From: an uncultured virus (IMG/VR IMGVR_UViG_3300031758_000043)
Taxonomy: Duplodnaviria; Heunggongvirae; Uroviricota; Caudoviricetes
IMG/VR virus record: IMGVR_UViG_3300031758_000043
Location: 1-64,000 of that record
Direction: 5' to 3' (one strand)
DNA length: 64,000 nt
The first letter of the stretch is position 1. Each line of letters opens with the position of its first letter. Below the pieces are notes generated by a model. The model ran no database searches and was not told the DNA's origin. It saw only the letters and a program-made list of their open reading frames with translations. The position numbers were made by a program, and so were the translations under genes. This document shows, piece after piece, positions 21,385 through 30,275 of the stretch.

Positions 21385-23190
21385 ATGGAAGAGACTGAAA
21401 TAAATCACGGAGCAGAACATGGATGGGAAGTCGGAGTTCATTTTCCAGTATGGGCAAACACTGAAGTCTATGTCAAAACTGTATCTAAAGGCTACTTATT
21501 AGAGGGTGAAACACCAAAGGACTCTTATTGGAGAGTGGCAAGCGCAGTAGCTAAAAGACTTAAACGACCTGAACTTGCTTCTAAGTTCTTTGATTATATG
21601 TGGCGCGGCTGGCTAAACTTAGCTACTCCAGTTTTTTCAAACACTGGAACTGAAAGAGGTTTACCTATTTCATGTTTTGGAATCGACGTTGCCGATTCTA
21701 TCGCAGACATTGGAGGCAAAAACCTAGAGCTAATGCTCCTTGCTAAGCACGGCGGAGGAGTCGGAATTGGAATCAATCAAGTTCGACCTGCAGGTTCAAC
21801 TATATCTCAAAACGGAACTTCTGATGGAGTCGTTCCTTTTTGTAAGATCTATGATTCATCAGTCTTGGCTACCAATCAAGGAAATGTTCGTAGGGGAGCA
21901 GCGTCAGTAAACATAGACATTGAGCATGGAGACTTTTGGGACTGGCTAGAGATCAGGGAGCCTAAAGGAGAGATCAATCGCCAGTGTCTAAACTTACACC
22001 AATGTGTAGTAGTCTCAGACGATTTCATGCAAAAACTAGAGCATGGCGACAAGGAAGCGCGTCGACGTTGGACTGCTGTGATCAGAAAAAGAAAGGCCAC
22101 TGGCGAACCTTACATCATGTACAAAGGAAACGTTAATCGTCAAAGTCCAGAAGCATACAAAAAGAACGGTCTTAAAGTGTATATGACCAATATTTGTTCG
22201 GAGATCACCTTGCATACTGATGAGAACCATTCATTCGTTTGCTGTCTTTCTTCGCTAAACCTTGCAAAATATGAGGAGTGGAAGGATACTGACTTGATCT
22301 ATACTGCTACTTGGTTTTTGGATGGAGTCCTAGAAGAGTTTATTCATCGTTCTAAATACATGAGAGGTTTTGAAAACTCAGTACGTTCAGCAGAAAAGGG
22401 TAGAGCTTTAGGTTTGGGAGTATTGGGCTGGCACACTTATTTACAAAACAAAAATATTCCATTCGATTCCCTAACTGCTCAGTTTGAGACTCGAAAGATA
22501 TTCTCACAACTTAAGATTGAGAGCGAGAGAGCGAGTCGAGACCTTGCTAAAGAGTTCGGCGAGCCGTTATGGTGTGTTGGTACTGGAATGAGAAACTCTC
22601 ACCTTAGAGCCATTGCTCCTACTGTTTCTAACTCTAAATTAGCAGGAAATGTTTCAGCTGGAATTGAGCCATGGGCAGCAAACGTATTCACTGAACAGAC
22701 AGCTAAAGGTACATTCATTCGTAAAAATCCTTCGCTAGAGAAAGTACTAGACAAGATCGGTCATAATACTAAAGAGGTTTGGGATCAGATATTAGCAGAC
22801 GGTGGATCAGTTCAAGGACTCGATTTTATGGATAACTATCGAGTAAAATTAGGAGAAGTTAGCTTTCCTATAACTTTAACTAAGTGGTCAAAGCTTCCTG
22901 ATGTAGAGCAAGCCAATTATCTCCCTCTTAAGGAGGTTTACTTGACCTTCAAGGAGATAAATCAGTTAGAATTAGTAAGACAGGCTGGAGTTCGTCAACA
23001 GTACATCGATCAAGCAGTCTCTCTAAACCTGGCCTTTCCTAGTGAAGCTGAACCTAAGTTTATCAATCAAGTTCACCTAGAAGCCTATAATGCTGGAATC
23101 AAGACTTTATATTACATGAGAACTGAGTCTGTTTTAAGAGGAGACATCGCGACTAGGGCAATGACAGATTGCCTAGCATGCGACGGATAA
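21385..23190 (+). CDS. nrdA: Class Ia ribonucleotide reductase alpha subunit (no N-terminal ATP cone evident)
   Basis: Motifs LPISCF, TNICSEI, CCLSSLNL, AIAPTVS, KTLYY and C-terminal CLACDG. Confidence 0.95.
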   Translation: MEETEINHGAEHGWEVGVHFPVWANTEVYVKTVSKGYLLEGETPKDSYWRVASAVAKRLKRPELASKFFDYMWRGWLNLATPVFSNTGTERGLPISCFGIDVADSIADIGGKNLELMLLAKHGGGVGIGINQVRPAGSTISQNGTSDGVVPFCKIYDSSVLATNQGNVRRGAASVNIDIEHGDFWDWLEIREPKGEINRQCLNLHQCVVVSDDFMQKLEHGDKEARRRWTAVIRKRKATGEPYIMYKGNVNRQSPEAYKKNGLKVYMTNICSEITLHTDENHSFVCCLSSLNLAKYEEWKDTDLIYTATWFLDGVLEEFIHRSKYMRGFENSVRSAEKGRALGLGVLGWHTYLQNKNIPFDSLTAQFETRKIFSQLKIESERASRDLAKEFGEPLWCVGTGMRNSHLRAIAPTVSNSKLAGNVSAGIEPWAANVFTEQTAKGTFIRKNPSLEKVLDKIGHNTKEVWDQILADGGSVQGLDFMDNYRVKLGEVSFPITLTKWSKLPDVEQANYLPLKEVYLTFKEINQLELVRQAGVRQQYIDQAVSLNLAFPSEAEPKFINQVHLEAYNAGIKTLYYMRTESVLRGDIATRAMTDCLACDG

Positions 23191-23200
23191 ATAAAGATAT

Positions 23201-23425
23201 ATGAAATACATCATGACATACACAGAATTATTTGAAGACGTTAGAAAGGTCGGAAACAGATATTGTGTGTATATCGATGATAAGGTATTAAAAAAGAACA
23301 AGAAGCCTGGTGAGAGACTTGGAGCTACTCGTAAGACCAAATCTGGAAAGATTAAAATGAAGAGTGCTGCATGTCATCCGACTCGTAAAAAAGCCAATAA
23401 TCACATGGCAGCCGTAATGCAATAA
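23201..23425 (+). CDS. Small basic protein, putative head-internal
   Basis: Late motif at 23186; N-terminus MKYIMTYTELFED resembles a capsid-targeting sequence (CTS). Confidence 0.6.
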   Translation: MKYIMTYTELFEDVRKVGNRYCVYIDDKVLKKNKKPGERLGATRKTKSGKIKMKSAACHPTRKKANNHMAAVMQ

Positions 23426-23428
23426 GAT

Positions 23429-23848
23429 ATGATACTAAATGACTTTAACCAATTCGTAAATGAGGCCAACTCAGCCGACTCTTGTCCAAGAGCAGCAAAA
23501 GATTTAAAGCTAAATACTAAAAATCGTAATCATGCGATCAAAGCTGAACACATCGAGTACGGTCCACTAAACCTTTCTGATGAGGGATATTGGGAGCACA
23601 TCGCTGAACACTGGAAGACCACAGTAAAAGTTGCTAAGAAATCAACTTGTGGAAATTGTGCCGCCTTTGACGTCTCACCTAGAATGGATAAATGTATGCC
23701 TGGAAAGCTAGAAGATAAAGACGGTAGGCTTGGGTATTGTTGGATGCATGACTTCAAATGTCACTCAGCTAGAACCTGTTATACTTGGGCGGCAGGCGGG
23801 CCAATCAAAAAAGATTCTACTTCCTTAAGCTGGCAGAAGAAAAAATAA
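23429..23848 (+). CDS. Cys-rich putative metal-binding protein with CTS-like N-terminus
   Basis: CGNC...C...GYCWMHDFKCHSARTC; N-terminus MILNDFNQFVNEA. Confidence 0.7.
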   Translation: MILNDFNQFVNEANSADSCPRAAKDLKLNTKNRNHAIKAEHIEYGPLNLSDEGYWEHIAEHWKTTVKVAKKSTCGNCAAFDVSPRMDKCMPGKLEDKDGRLGYCWMHDFKCHSARTCYTWAAGGPIKKDSTSLSWQKKK

Positions 23849-23869
23849 AAGAGACCTACTCTTAATTAC

Positions 23870-23896
23870 GAGCAATAGGAAACTATTGCTCTTTTT
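23870..23896 (+). terminator. Rho-independent terminator
   Basis: GAGCAATAG-GAAA-CTATTGCTC-TTTTT. Confidence 0.85.
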
Positions 23897-23926
23897 ATTT
23901 AGATAAATAATAAAAAATCCATTTTC

Positions 23927-24196
23927 ATGCTGAATAATTTCAACCAGTTCATAAACGAAAGCAAAGAGGATGAATTTAATTCCATAGTAAAAGGTGATAT
24001 CGTATTACATAGAGGACACCGATGTAAAGTTTTATCCGTCATGAAAGACAAAGAAGGAATCGTTTATTCTATTAAAATAGATCCTATTGAAAGGAAGGAA
24101 GCTTCAAAATTTGATAGATCATTAAATCTTTCTCAATTTAAACAACAGGTATCTGGAGTAATTAAAAAAGAAAAAACTGAGGAAGATGAGGACTAA
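23927..24196 (+). CDS. Hypothetical protein with CTS-like N-terminus
   Basis: N-terminus MLNNFNQFINES; GATAAATAA at 23902. Confidence 0.7.
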   Translation: MLNNFNQFINESKEDEFNSIVKGDIVLHRGHRCKVLSVMKDKEGIVYSIKIDPIERKEASKFDRSLNLSQFKQQVSGVIKKEKTEEDED

Positions 24197-24683
24197 GCAC
24201 ATCAAGCAATATTATGACTTTCTCTTAGAACAAGACATGATGGCTGGCGTTCCGGGTGCTCCAGGAGGAGCCCCTGCTCCTAAGCTTGAGAAGTATAAAT
24301 TCATTTTTCTAGTAAAACCTGAAGATCCTTCAGTTCCAAGCAGAAAATATCCAGATGGAAGCATTATAGCAAAATACCCATGTTACTCCATAACTCTTCC
24401 TGACTTGGAAAAATGGGTTAATTCTAATGTGATTTCAACCGATAAATTAGAACTTAATCCTTCCGAATTAGAACTAAAAAGAAAGAACATAGTACAGATA
24501 GTAAAAGGAGATAAAACGAACGTGACAAAAGACGATAAGTCATTTATTGAAAAGCTTAAAAACTCAATAGCTAGTGATATAATAGGAAAGAGAGAAGTAG
24601 ATATTGAAGTTGTCTATGCAACTGATCGTAATCCGACTACTGAACACATTGATGTTACTTTCATAAAACTTCCAGAAAAATGA
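24186..24683 (+). CDS. Hypothetical protein with CTS-like N-terminus
   Basis: MRTKHIKQYYDFLLEQ followed by a Gly/Pro/Ala linker. Confidence 0.7.
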   Translation: MRTKHIKQYYDFLLEQDMMAGVPGAPGGAPAPKLEKYKFIFLVKPEDPSVPSRKYPDGSIIAKYPCYSITLPDLEKWVNSNVISTDKLELNPSELELKRKNIVQIVKGDKTNVTKDDKSFIEKLKNSIASDIIGKREVDIEVVYATDRNPTTEHIDVTFIKLPEK

Positions 24684-25429
24684 TAAAATCGTTCTTAGAA
24701 TTTATAAATGAAAGCATGGAAAACAACGTAGAGTTTCTTAAAAAGCTTACTATCGACATCATAGCAAAGCTTAGGGAATCTTCTAAGGAAGAAAGTTCCA
24801 GCTATGCGACATTCTCTGGGATGGAATTCACGGAACCGTTCATGTTTGATCTCATATTAAAGGTTCGTAGAGAAACTGATCCTGATCTTAGACGAGACCC
24901 TCACTTCAATGATCTTTCTTGGGAAAAATTAAATTATGACAACCTTGGATATTCAATAGATGCGAATACTCGAATGAGTAAATCAAAAGCGGCTGTGCCA
25001 AAGATAACAATGCACTTAATCTTAAATCCAAAAAAGGAGCCAATCCTTTATGAAAAGCTCTACGCTAGGCTATTAGATATTTTAGTGCATGAGACGAATC
25101 ACCTAGACCAGTTAGGAATAAACCGTGATCCATTCAACGTAAAAGTCTCAGATCCAAGAGAAAGAGCAAAGGCTAAAAAGAGCCACAAATACTTTCTTTT
25201 ATCTGATGAAGTTGAATCCATGATAGAGGGAATGTACGTTAGATCAAAGGAACAGAGAATTCCACTAGATAAAGTCTTTCTAGAATATTTAACTCCTTTT
25301 CTTGAGACTAGATACATCAGTAGTTCAGAATTTCAAAAAGTAATGTTCACATGGATAACCAGATCCTTAGAGCTTTATCCTGATGCTGAATTTTCACCCT
25401 CTGCTAAAAAAATAATAGACTCAATCTAA
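24680..25429 (+). CDS. Putative zincin metallopeptidase-like protein with CTS-like N-terminus
   Basis: HExxH (LVHETNHLDQ) with a downstream Glu-containing helix (DEVES); N-terminus MIKSFLEFINES. Confidence 0.6.
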   Translation: MIKSFLEFINESMENNVEFLKKLTIDIIAKLRESSKEESSSYATFSGMEFTEPFMFDLILKVRRETDPDLRRDPHFNDLSWEKLNYDNLGYSIDANTRMSKSKAAVPKITMHLILNPKKEPILYEKLYARLLDILVHETNHLDQLGINRDPFNVKVSDPRERAKAKKSHKYFLLSDEVESMIEGMYVRSKEQRIPLDKVFLEYLTPFLETRYISSSEFQKVMFTWITRSLELYPDAEFSPSAKKIIDSI

Positions 25430-25475
25430 AACTTTTATCTAATTCTTAGTAGAAGATTAGAAAAATTTTAGAATA

Positions 25476-25754
25476 ATGAATCAATTCGAAGAACTTAAAG
25501 CAGAGATTGCTGCCGCTCAAGAGGCAATTTTTGGACCTCTTAACTCGCTGATTACTGCAGCGGAAGACGACGCTTCAAAATACTATGATAAAGGCGTAAA
25601 AAGTGCTGGTAACAGACTAAAGAAAAAAATGCAAGAGATTCGTAAGGTGATCAAGCATCCAGTGACTAAGGCTCACATGACAAAAATCCAAAACATGGCA
25701 AAGGACGCTCGTCAAGCTCTTACTGATGAGATTTCAGCTAAAGCTACCGCTTAA
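25476..25754 (+). CDS. Histone H1-like (Hc1-type) small DNA-binding protein
   Basis: DASKYYDKGVKSAGNRLKKKMQEIRK resembles the Bacteroidota Hc1-like core. Confidence 0.6.
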   Translation: MNQFEELKAEIAAAQEAIFGPLNSLITAAEDDASKYYDKGVKSAGNRLKKKMQEIRKVIKHPVTKAHMTKIQNMAKDARQALTDEISAKATA

Positions 25755-25774
25755 TTAAACTTATAATTCATTTG

Positions 25775-25804
25775 AAAAATGCCTCTTTTTGAGGCATTTT
25801 TTTT
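25775..25804 (+). terminator. Rho-independent terminator
   Basis: AAAAATGCCTC-TTTTT-GAGGCATTTTTTTT. Confidence 0.85.
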
Positions 25805-25814
25805 GTTTTCTAAA

Positions 25815-25840
25815 AACTTTTAACTTTAAAGAAGTATAAT
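25815..25840 (+). promoter_or_regulatory. Early/middle promoter-like bipartite motif AACTTT-N13/14-GTATAA, representative copy
   Basis: Same spacing at 18762, 25430, 37296, 43929, 12624 (plus) and about 12567-12592 (minus). Confidence 0.65.
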
Positions 25841-25863
25841 ATTATAAAAAATAACTATTTATT

Positions 25864-26874
25864 ATGACAGATTTTTTCGATTTACCGGAAGATGGTTTTT
25901 CAAAACAAAAATCATCCTCCTTAGGTAAAAAAGTGGATCCAAACGTTTACGATCCAGATCCTAATGCTTACAACGGTTCTTACAAATCGGTTTTTCGATT
26001 TATTCCGTATGTGTTCGATAAGAGCAAGAGCAAGTACATCAAGTACACAGCAAAATTTTGGAATCCTCTAACTAAGGAATCTCTTTTTGTTGATTGTCCA
26101 TCAAATGTTGAAAAACCTTCGATTCTTTGGACGATCGAATCTACATTAAGAGGTCTTAGGAAAGAAGAACCTGAATTAGTTGGTGAAATTGATAAGCAAT
26201 TCTCTCGATGGAGCACATATCATTCAGCCGTTTACATTAAGAAGGATCCACAACGTCCTGACTTAGAAGGATCAATCAAGATCTTTAAGTTTAGAAATCA
26301 GATTGACATGTTGATTGATCAACTTGTAAATCCTGAAGAGGTTGATGGAATCTCTCTAAGTAAAAAAGTCAATCCTTATCACCTATTAGAAGGAAAAGAT
26401 TTCCTATGTGTAGTAGGTAAGAAGACTCAGCAATTTAGAGACTGGTCAAAATGTAAGTTTATGGATGAAGTAACTCCTTTAATCTTTAAGATTGGCGACA
26501 CACAAGTAGCCGTTGAGAACAGTGAAAAATCAGTAAAACTTGTGAATGAGTTCTTGACTAAGAACACTCCAAAAATGGATGAGTATTATCATCAAGAGTG
26601 GACTGATGATACTTTTAATAAAGTTGCTGAAGCAATCGTTGCTGCAATTCCTCAAAAGGAAATCTTAGAGATGATCTTAGGTCGAAGCAAAGACACTCGA
26701 ATGAATGAGCTTGTTCGTGCTAGAATGGGAGGAGCTTCAAGAGCGGCTAGACCTGCTCAAAAAGTTGATGAGGATCTAGAATTCACATCATCTAAAACAG
26801 CAAGTGAGCCAGTTACTGAATCTACTTCTTCTGACTCAGATGATGAATACGATTCACTATTTTCTGATCTATAA
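25864..26874 (+). CDS. T4 gp32-like single-stranded DNA-binding protein
   Basis: SVFRFIP, KDPQRPDLEGSIKIFKF, NPYHLLEGKDF and an acidic tail (DSDDEYDSLFSDL). Confidence 0.85.
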   Translation: MTDFFDLPEDGFSKQKSSSLGKKVDPNVYDPDPNAYNGSYKSVFRFIPYVFDKSKSKYIKYTAKFWNPLTKESLFVDCPSNVEKPSILWTIESTLRGLRKEEPELVGEIDKQFSRWSTYHSAVYIKKDPQRPDLEGSIKIFKFRNQIDMLIDQLVNPEEVDGISLSKKVNPYHLLEGKDFLCVVGKKTQQFRDWSKCKFMDEVTPLIFKIGDTQVAVENSEKSVKLVNEFLTKNTPKMDEYYHQEWTDDTFNKVAEAIVAAIPQKEILEMILGRSKDTRMNELVRARMGGASRAARPAQKVDEDLEFTSSKTASEPVTESTSSDSDDEYDSLFSDL

Positions 26875-26888
26875 AAAAATAAAGTAAT

Positions 26889-27167
26889 ATGGAAAACAAC
26901 GAATCTGAAGTATCAGTAGAAAAAAACGACGTGTCTGCTGAGAATCCAAAAAATGTTCTTTTTGGAACTATAACGTATGCTGATGACGATGCATATGAGA
27001 ACTTTATTGCTAACTTGGACATAAATCAATCAATATTCATCCTAGTCGCTTCTGCTAATTTTGCACAAGCTAAAGGAGCTTTCAATATTCTTGAATCAGA
27101 AGTCCTATCGTCAGCAATAAGAGTCATTAGAAAAAACTCTAAGCCTTCTCAAAAAGACGGCGAATAA
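26889..27167 (+). CDS. Hypothetical protein
   Basis: 92-aa ORF in the replication operon. Confidence 0.7.
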   Translation: MENNESEVSVEKNDVSAENPKNVLFGTITYADDDAYENFIANLDINQSIFILVASANFAQAKGAFNILESEVLSSAIRVIRKNSKPSQKDGE

Positions 27168-27176
27168 AACAACGGT

Positions 27177-28316
27177 ATGGACTTAATAATAGATGGAAAT
27201 GCCTTTATCAACATTGCGATAAGTGTCACCAAGTCTCTTTCTCAAAAGGATAAGAGAGTGGGTGAAGCTTATTACGTTAATGATCTGTTCAGCGACGGCG
27301 GATTCATCTTAAAGGATCAAGTTAAAGTAGCTTTTAAGAATTTTTGTTTTACTTACTTGAATTCTCTGATTGCGCCAATCTCATCAAGTCCAGAAAAGAT
27401 ACACATCGTCTTTGATTCTACGAGTTGGAGAAAAGATTACACTGATCGATTCTTCAGAAATTCTGAATTCAAGACTAGCTCAGCACCAACTGAATTTAAG
27501 TATAAGGGTAATCGCAAATATGATGACCACCAATACTTATTCTTTGACTATTTTCAACAAGTGATCATGTCAGCTCTAACTCAAAGGGCTGGCATAAATC
27601 ACTACAAATTCAAAGGCACTGAAGGTGATGACATAATAGCTTACTTGTGTGACGTTATTGAGGGTGATATCCTGATCTACTCAGTCGATCAGGATCTAAA
27701 ACAATTGACTGGGCACTCTAAAAAGAATGTCCTATTGATAACTCCAAAACAAATGGCCAAGACCAAGAGACTCTTTGTACCTGCTCAATTGGTTCCAACC
27801 GCCGCCGATGACGAAGTAGATAATTTCTTTTCTTTGAATGATGTTCACATAACTGGAGCAACCATTGAAAAGACTATATCTAATCTCACAAGTAAAGATT
27901 ATGTAGAGCATAAAGTAGACTTCGTGGATGATATCTTAAGCAAGATCCTTTTAGGAGACAAGTCGGATAACATTCCAAAGATCACAAATATTTCTCCATC
28001 TAAAGCAAAAAAAGTAATATCTTCGATTCAGGAAAGATTTGGAGAAAATCTTATCGAGCAATTAGATGATCTAAATGAGGAACTGATCTTAGGAATAGTG
28101 AATGAGATCAAGATAGTAAATAAGATAAAGGACCAGGATAAATTAGATGAGGTTAGAGAGCATCTTCTCTTTAATACTAAGCTAATACGTCTTTCAGTTA
28201 AAGTGTTTCCTAAGGAAATCAGAGATCTCCTAGATGAATTCTTTAGCACATACGAAAGCACAACCTTTAATCAAAAAGAATTTAACAATTTAAAAAATAA
28301 CTTATCGCTCTTATGA
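27177..28316 (+). CDS. rnh: T4 RNase H-like 5'-3' exonuclease / flap endonuclease
   Basis: Motifs LIIDGN, VFDSTSWRK, YKGNR, EGDDIIA, SVDQDLKQL and GDKSDNIP. Confidence 0.88.
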   Translation: MDLIIDGNAFINIAISVTKSLSQKDKRVGEAYYVNDLFSDGGFILKDQVKVAFKNFCFTYLNSLIAPISSSPEKIHIVFDSTSWRKDYTDRFFRNSEFKTSSAPTEFKYKGNRKYDDHQYLFFDYFQQVIMSALTQRAGINHYKFKGTEGDDIIAYLCDVIEGDILIYSVDQDLKQLTGHSKKNVLLITPKQMAKTKRLFVPAQLVPTAADDEVDNFFSLNDVHITGATIEKTISNLTSKDYVEHKVDFVDDILSKILLGDKSDNIPKITNISPSKAKKVISSIQERFGENLIEQLDDLNEELILGIVNEIKIVNKIKDQDKLDEVREHLLFNTKLIRLSVKVFPKEIRDLLDEFFSTYESTTFNQKEFNNLKNNLSLL

Positions 28317-28612
28317 AGCCATTATATGAAAGAATTCTGGTAAAACCCAGAGAAAAAGAGATCAGAACTAAGCAAGGAATACTTCTTCCTGAAAAAGCCG
28401 TAAAGAAACCAAATATCGGTGTTGTTATCTCATGCGGAGACGGAACTCCTAATAATCCAATGAAAGTTTCTCCAGGAGACAAAGTTCTATTCAATCGATA
28501 TGCTGGAGTAGAATTAAACTTTAGAGGAGAAAAACACTATGTGATACTCTCAAATGAAGTAATTGGAGTCTTAGAAGACTTTGATGATATCTCTTTAGAG
28601 GATTTTGAATAA
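28313..28612 (+). CDS. groES: Co-chaperonin GroES
   Basis: MKPLYERILVK, TKQGILLP and GDKVLFNRYAG. Confidence 0.93.
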   Translation: MKPLYERILVKPREKEIRTKQGILLPEKAVKKPNIGVVISCGDGTPNNPMKVSPGDKVLFNRYAGVELNFRGEKHYVILSNEVIGVLEDFDDISLEDFE

Positions 28613-28640
28613 AAAAAAGGAGCTTTAAAGCTCCTTTTTT
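28613..28640. terminator. Bidirectional terminator between convergent genes
   Basis: AAAAAAGGAGCTTTAAAGCTCCTTTTTT. Confidence 0.85.
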
Positions 28641-29247
28641 ATTTAATATCAGTTGATTCCAATAGTGTATATGAAAAAGCATTTCCATGAATCTTAGAGG
28701 CTTTTCTACAAATAGCCATAAAAGCATCAAAATCCTTCACTCTTTTAAATACTTGACACCCTTCTGACCAGTTTTCTACCCAAGTAGAATCTTGTCCAGC
28801 CTTATGGATGTTTATTCCAAACATTCCAGTATCAGTCGTATTTTCCTCAAACACTAAATCGCGATTAGCGTCTCTCCAAACAGTCACGTTTCCGTTTCTT
28901 TGACAAAGAGCATCATACTTTCCTTGATGTTTGTCAATCTTCCATACTCCTCGATACTGTCCAGGAACAAGCCTAGCGACTCCTTTTTTATTATGGAACT
29001 CCTGAACTCCCTTTTTTCCAGGATCACAAGTTGCCATCCAACAGAAAAACTGCTTTACTCCATTTTCATCTTTATATGAAATCGTCAAGTGATCATCAAA
29101 TACGTTAGTTACCTTTTTGTATACTGCTGGAGAGGTGTTTCTTACTCCAATAATGTTCACGTCATAAGTCTTGTTTGAAGCATCCTCAAACCACTTATAG
29201 CCTTTTGCTTTGACTGCGGCCTCGACCTGTTCTCTTGTATAGCACAT
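28639..29247 (-). CDS. Putative cell-wall enzyme (YkuD/L,D-transpeptidase-like His...SxGC motif); endolysin candidate
   Basis: GINIHKAG...NWSEGCQV; late motif upstream. Confidence 0.5.
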   Translation of the reverse strand: MCYTREQVEAAVKAKGYKWFEDASNKTYDVNIIGVRNTSPAVYKKVTNVFDDHLTISYKDENGVKQFFCWMATCDPGKKGVQEFHNKKGVARLVPGQYRGVWKIDKHQGKYDALCQRNGNVTVWRDANRDLVFEENTTDTGMFGINIHKAGQDSTWVENWSEGCQVFKRVKDFDAFMAICRKASKIHGNAFSYTLLESTDIK

Positions 29248-29276
29248 AATTTAATTGCGTTTTATTTATTTATTTG

Positions 29277-30209
29277 TTAAAGAGCGGTGATTCCAGCAGC
29301 AGACTCAGCTCTACCTGTACCAGCATCCCTAGAATTGATTATTCTATTGGGTTTTACCCAATCTTTTAGCCCAATGTAAAATCCATCCTTAAGCGAATCG
29401 GTGACTTCAAATTTATTTAAGATTTCTTCTGTATTTGAGTACCCTGCCTCTTCTAACTTAGATTTAATCTCGTCACTGGTGTATTTCTTATCATCAAGGT
29501 CAGGTTCGTCTACCGCCTGGTACCAGTCAAGATATTGATAGATGCCTGACTCCTGATCAGATGTATCTATGTGTTCTGTAGTATTTTCACTATTGTTACG
29601 GGAGATGATGTTTTCTAAGTATTTATCAAGAGGTGTAAAGATGAGTACGTCCTTGATTTTATCTGAGTCGTAATAGTTTTTAATAGCATCACCTACATCA
29701 TCAAAAAGAATGGTCTTGGCAGAGAGTAATGCTGCTGCCCATGCCATTGCGCTAACTCGACCGTCTCCCTGTCTGCCACCCATTTTTCTTATGGTTGACT
29801 TGCACTTTTCTGGATCGTATCCTGCGATCCTCTCGATCTCCTCATACTTTGATTTTTCTTCTGGGCTTGCCTCTTCTTCCCATTCCTTAAACTTATCATC
29901 GTATAATTTTATCACGTGAGGAGAGTCTGTCTCAGCTGCGATTTTAGCAAGAGTCGGCATTCCGGCTTCTTCTACCAGTTTGATGAAGGCTGGTCCTACT
30001 TCAGGATTATTAAAGTTATCAGTTCCGACTAATACTGTTTCAGCATCAAGATCATCATACCAGTGCTTCGCACCCAATTGATTCATTGCAAAATAAGTCT
30101 TGCCTGATGCACTTGGACCTGAGAGCAATATAAGATCCTTTTGATCTAAATTAAACTCACGAGCTTCATATAATGCTACCCACCTAGTGTAATTTAATAA
30201 GTACTTCAT
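29277..30209 (-). CDS. P-loop NTPase/kinase-like protein with CTS-like N-terminus
   Basis: Walker A GPSASGKT, Walker B-like ILFDD; N-terminus MKYLLNYTRWVALYEA. Confidence 0.7.
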   Translation of the reverse strand: MKYLLNYTRWVALYEAREFNLDQKDLILLSGPSASGKTYFAMNQLGAKHWYDDLDAETVLVGTDNFNNPEVGPAFIKLVEEAGMPTLAKIAAETDSPHVIKLYDDKFKEWEEEASPEEKSKYEEIERIAGYDPEKCKSTIRKMGGRQGDGRVSAMAWAAALLSAKTILFDDVGDAIKNYYDSDKIKDVLIFTPLDKYLENIISRNNSENTTEHIDTSDQESGIYQYLDWYQAVDEPDLDDKKYTSDEIKSKLEEAGYSNTEEILNKFEVTDSLKDGFYIGLKDWVKPNRIINSRDAGTGRAESAAGITAL

Positions 30210-30227
30210 TTTCTAGTCAATTTTAAT

Positions 30228-30254
30228 AAAAAAGGAGACCCAAAGATCTCCTTT
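30228..30254 (-). terminator. Terminator after tail sheath gene
   Basis: AAAGGAGA/TCTCCTTT inverted repeat with a U-tract on the minus strand. Confidence 0.65.
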
Positions 30255-30275
30255 CATATTTATAAGCAATAGTCA

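Noticed and set aside
22820..22940. Intein or intron in nrdA
   Set aside because: Only a short in-frame insertion of about 30 aa with no splicing motifs; the reading frame is intact.
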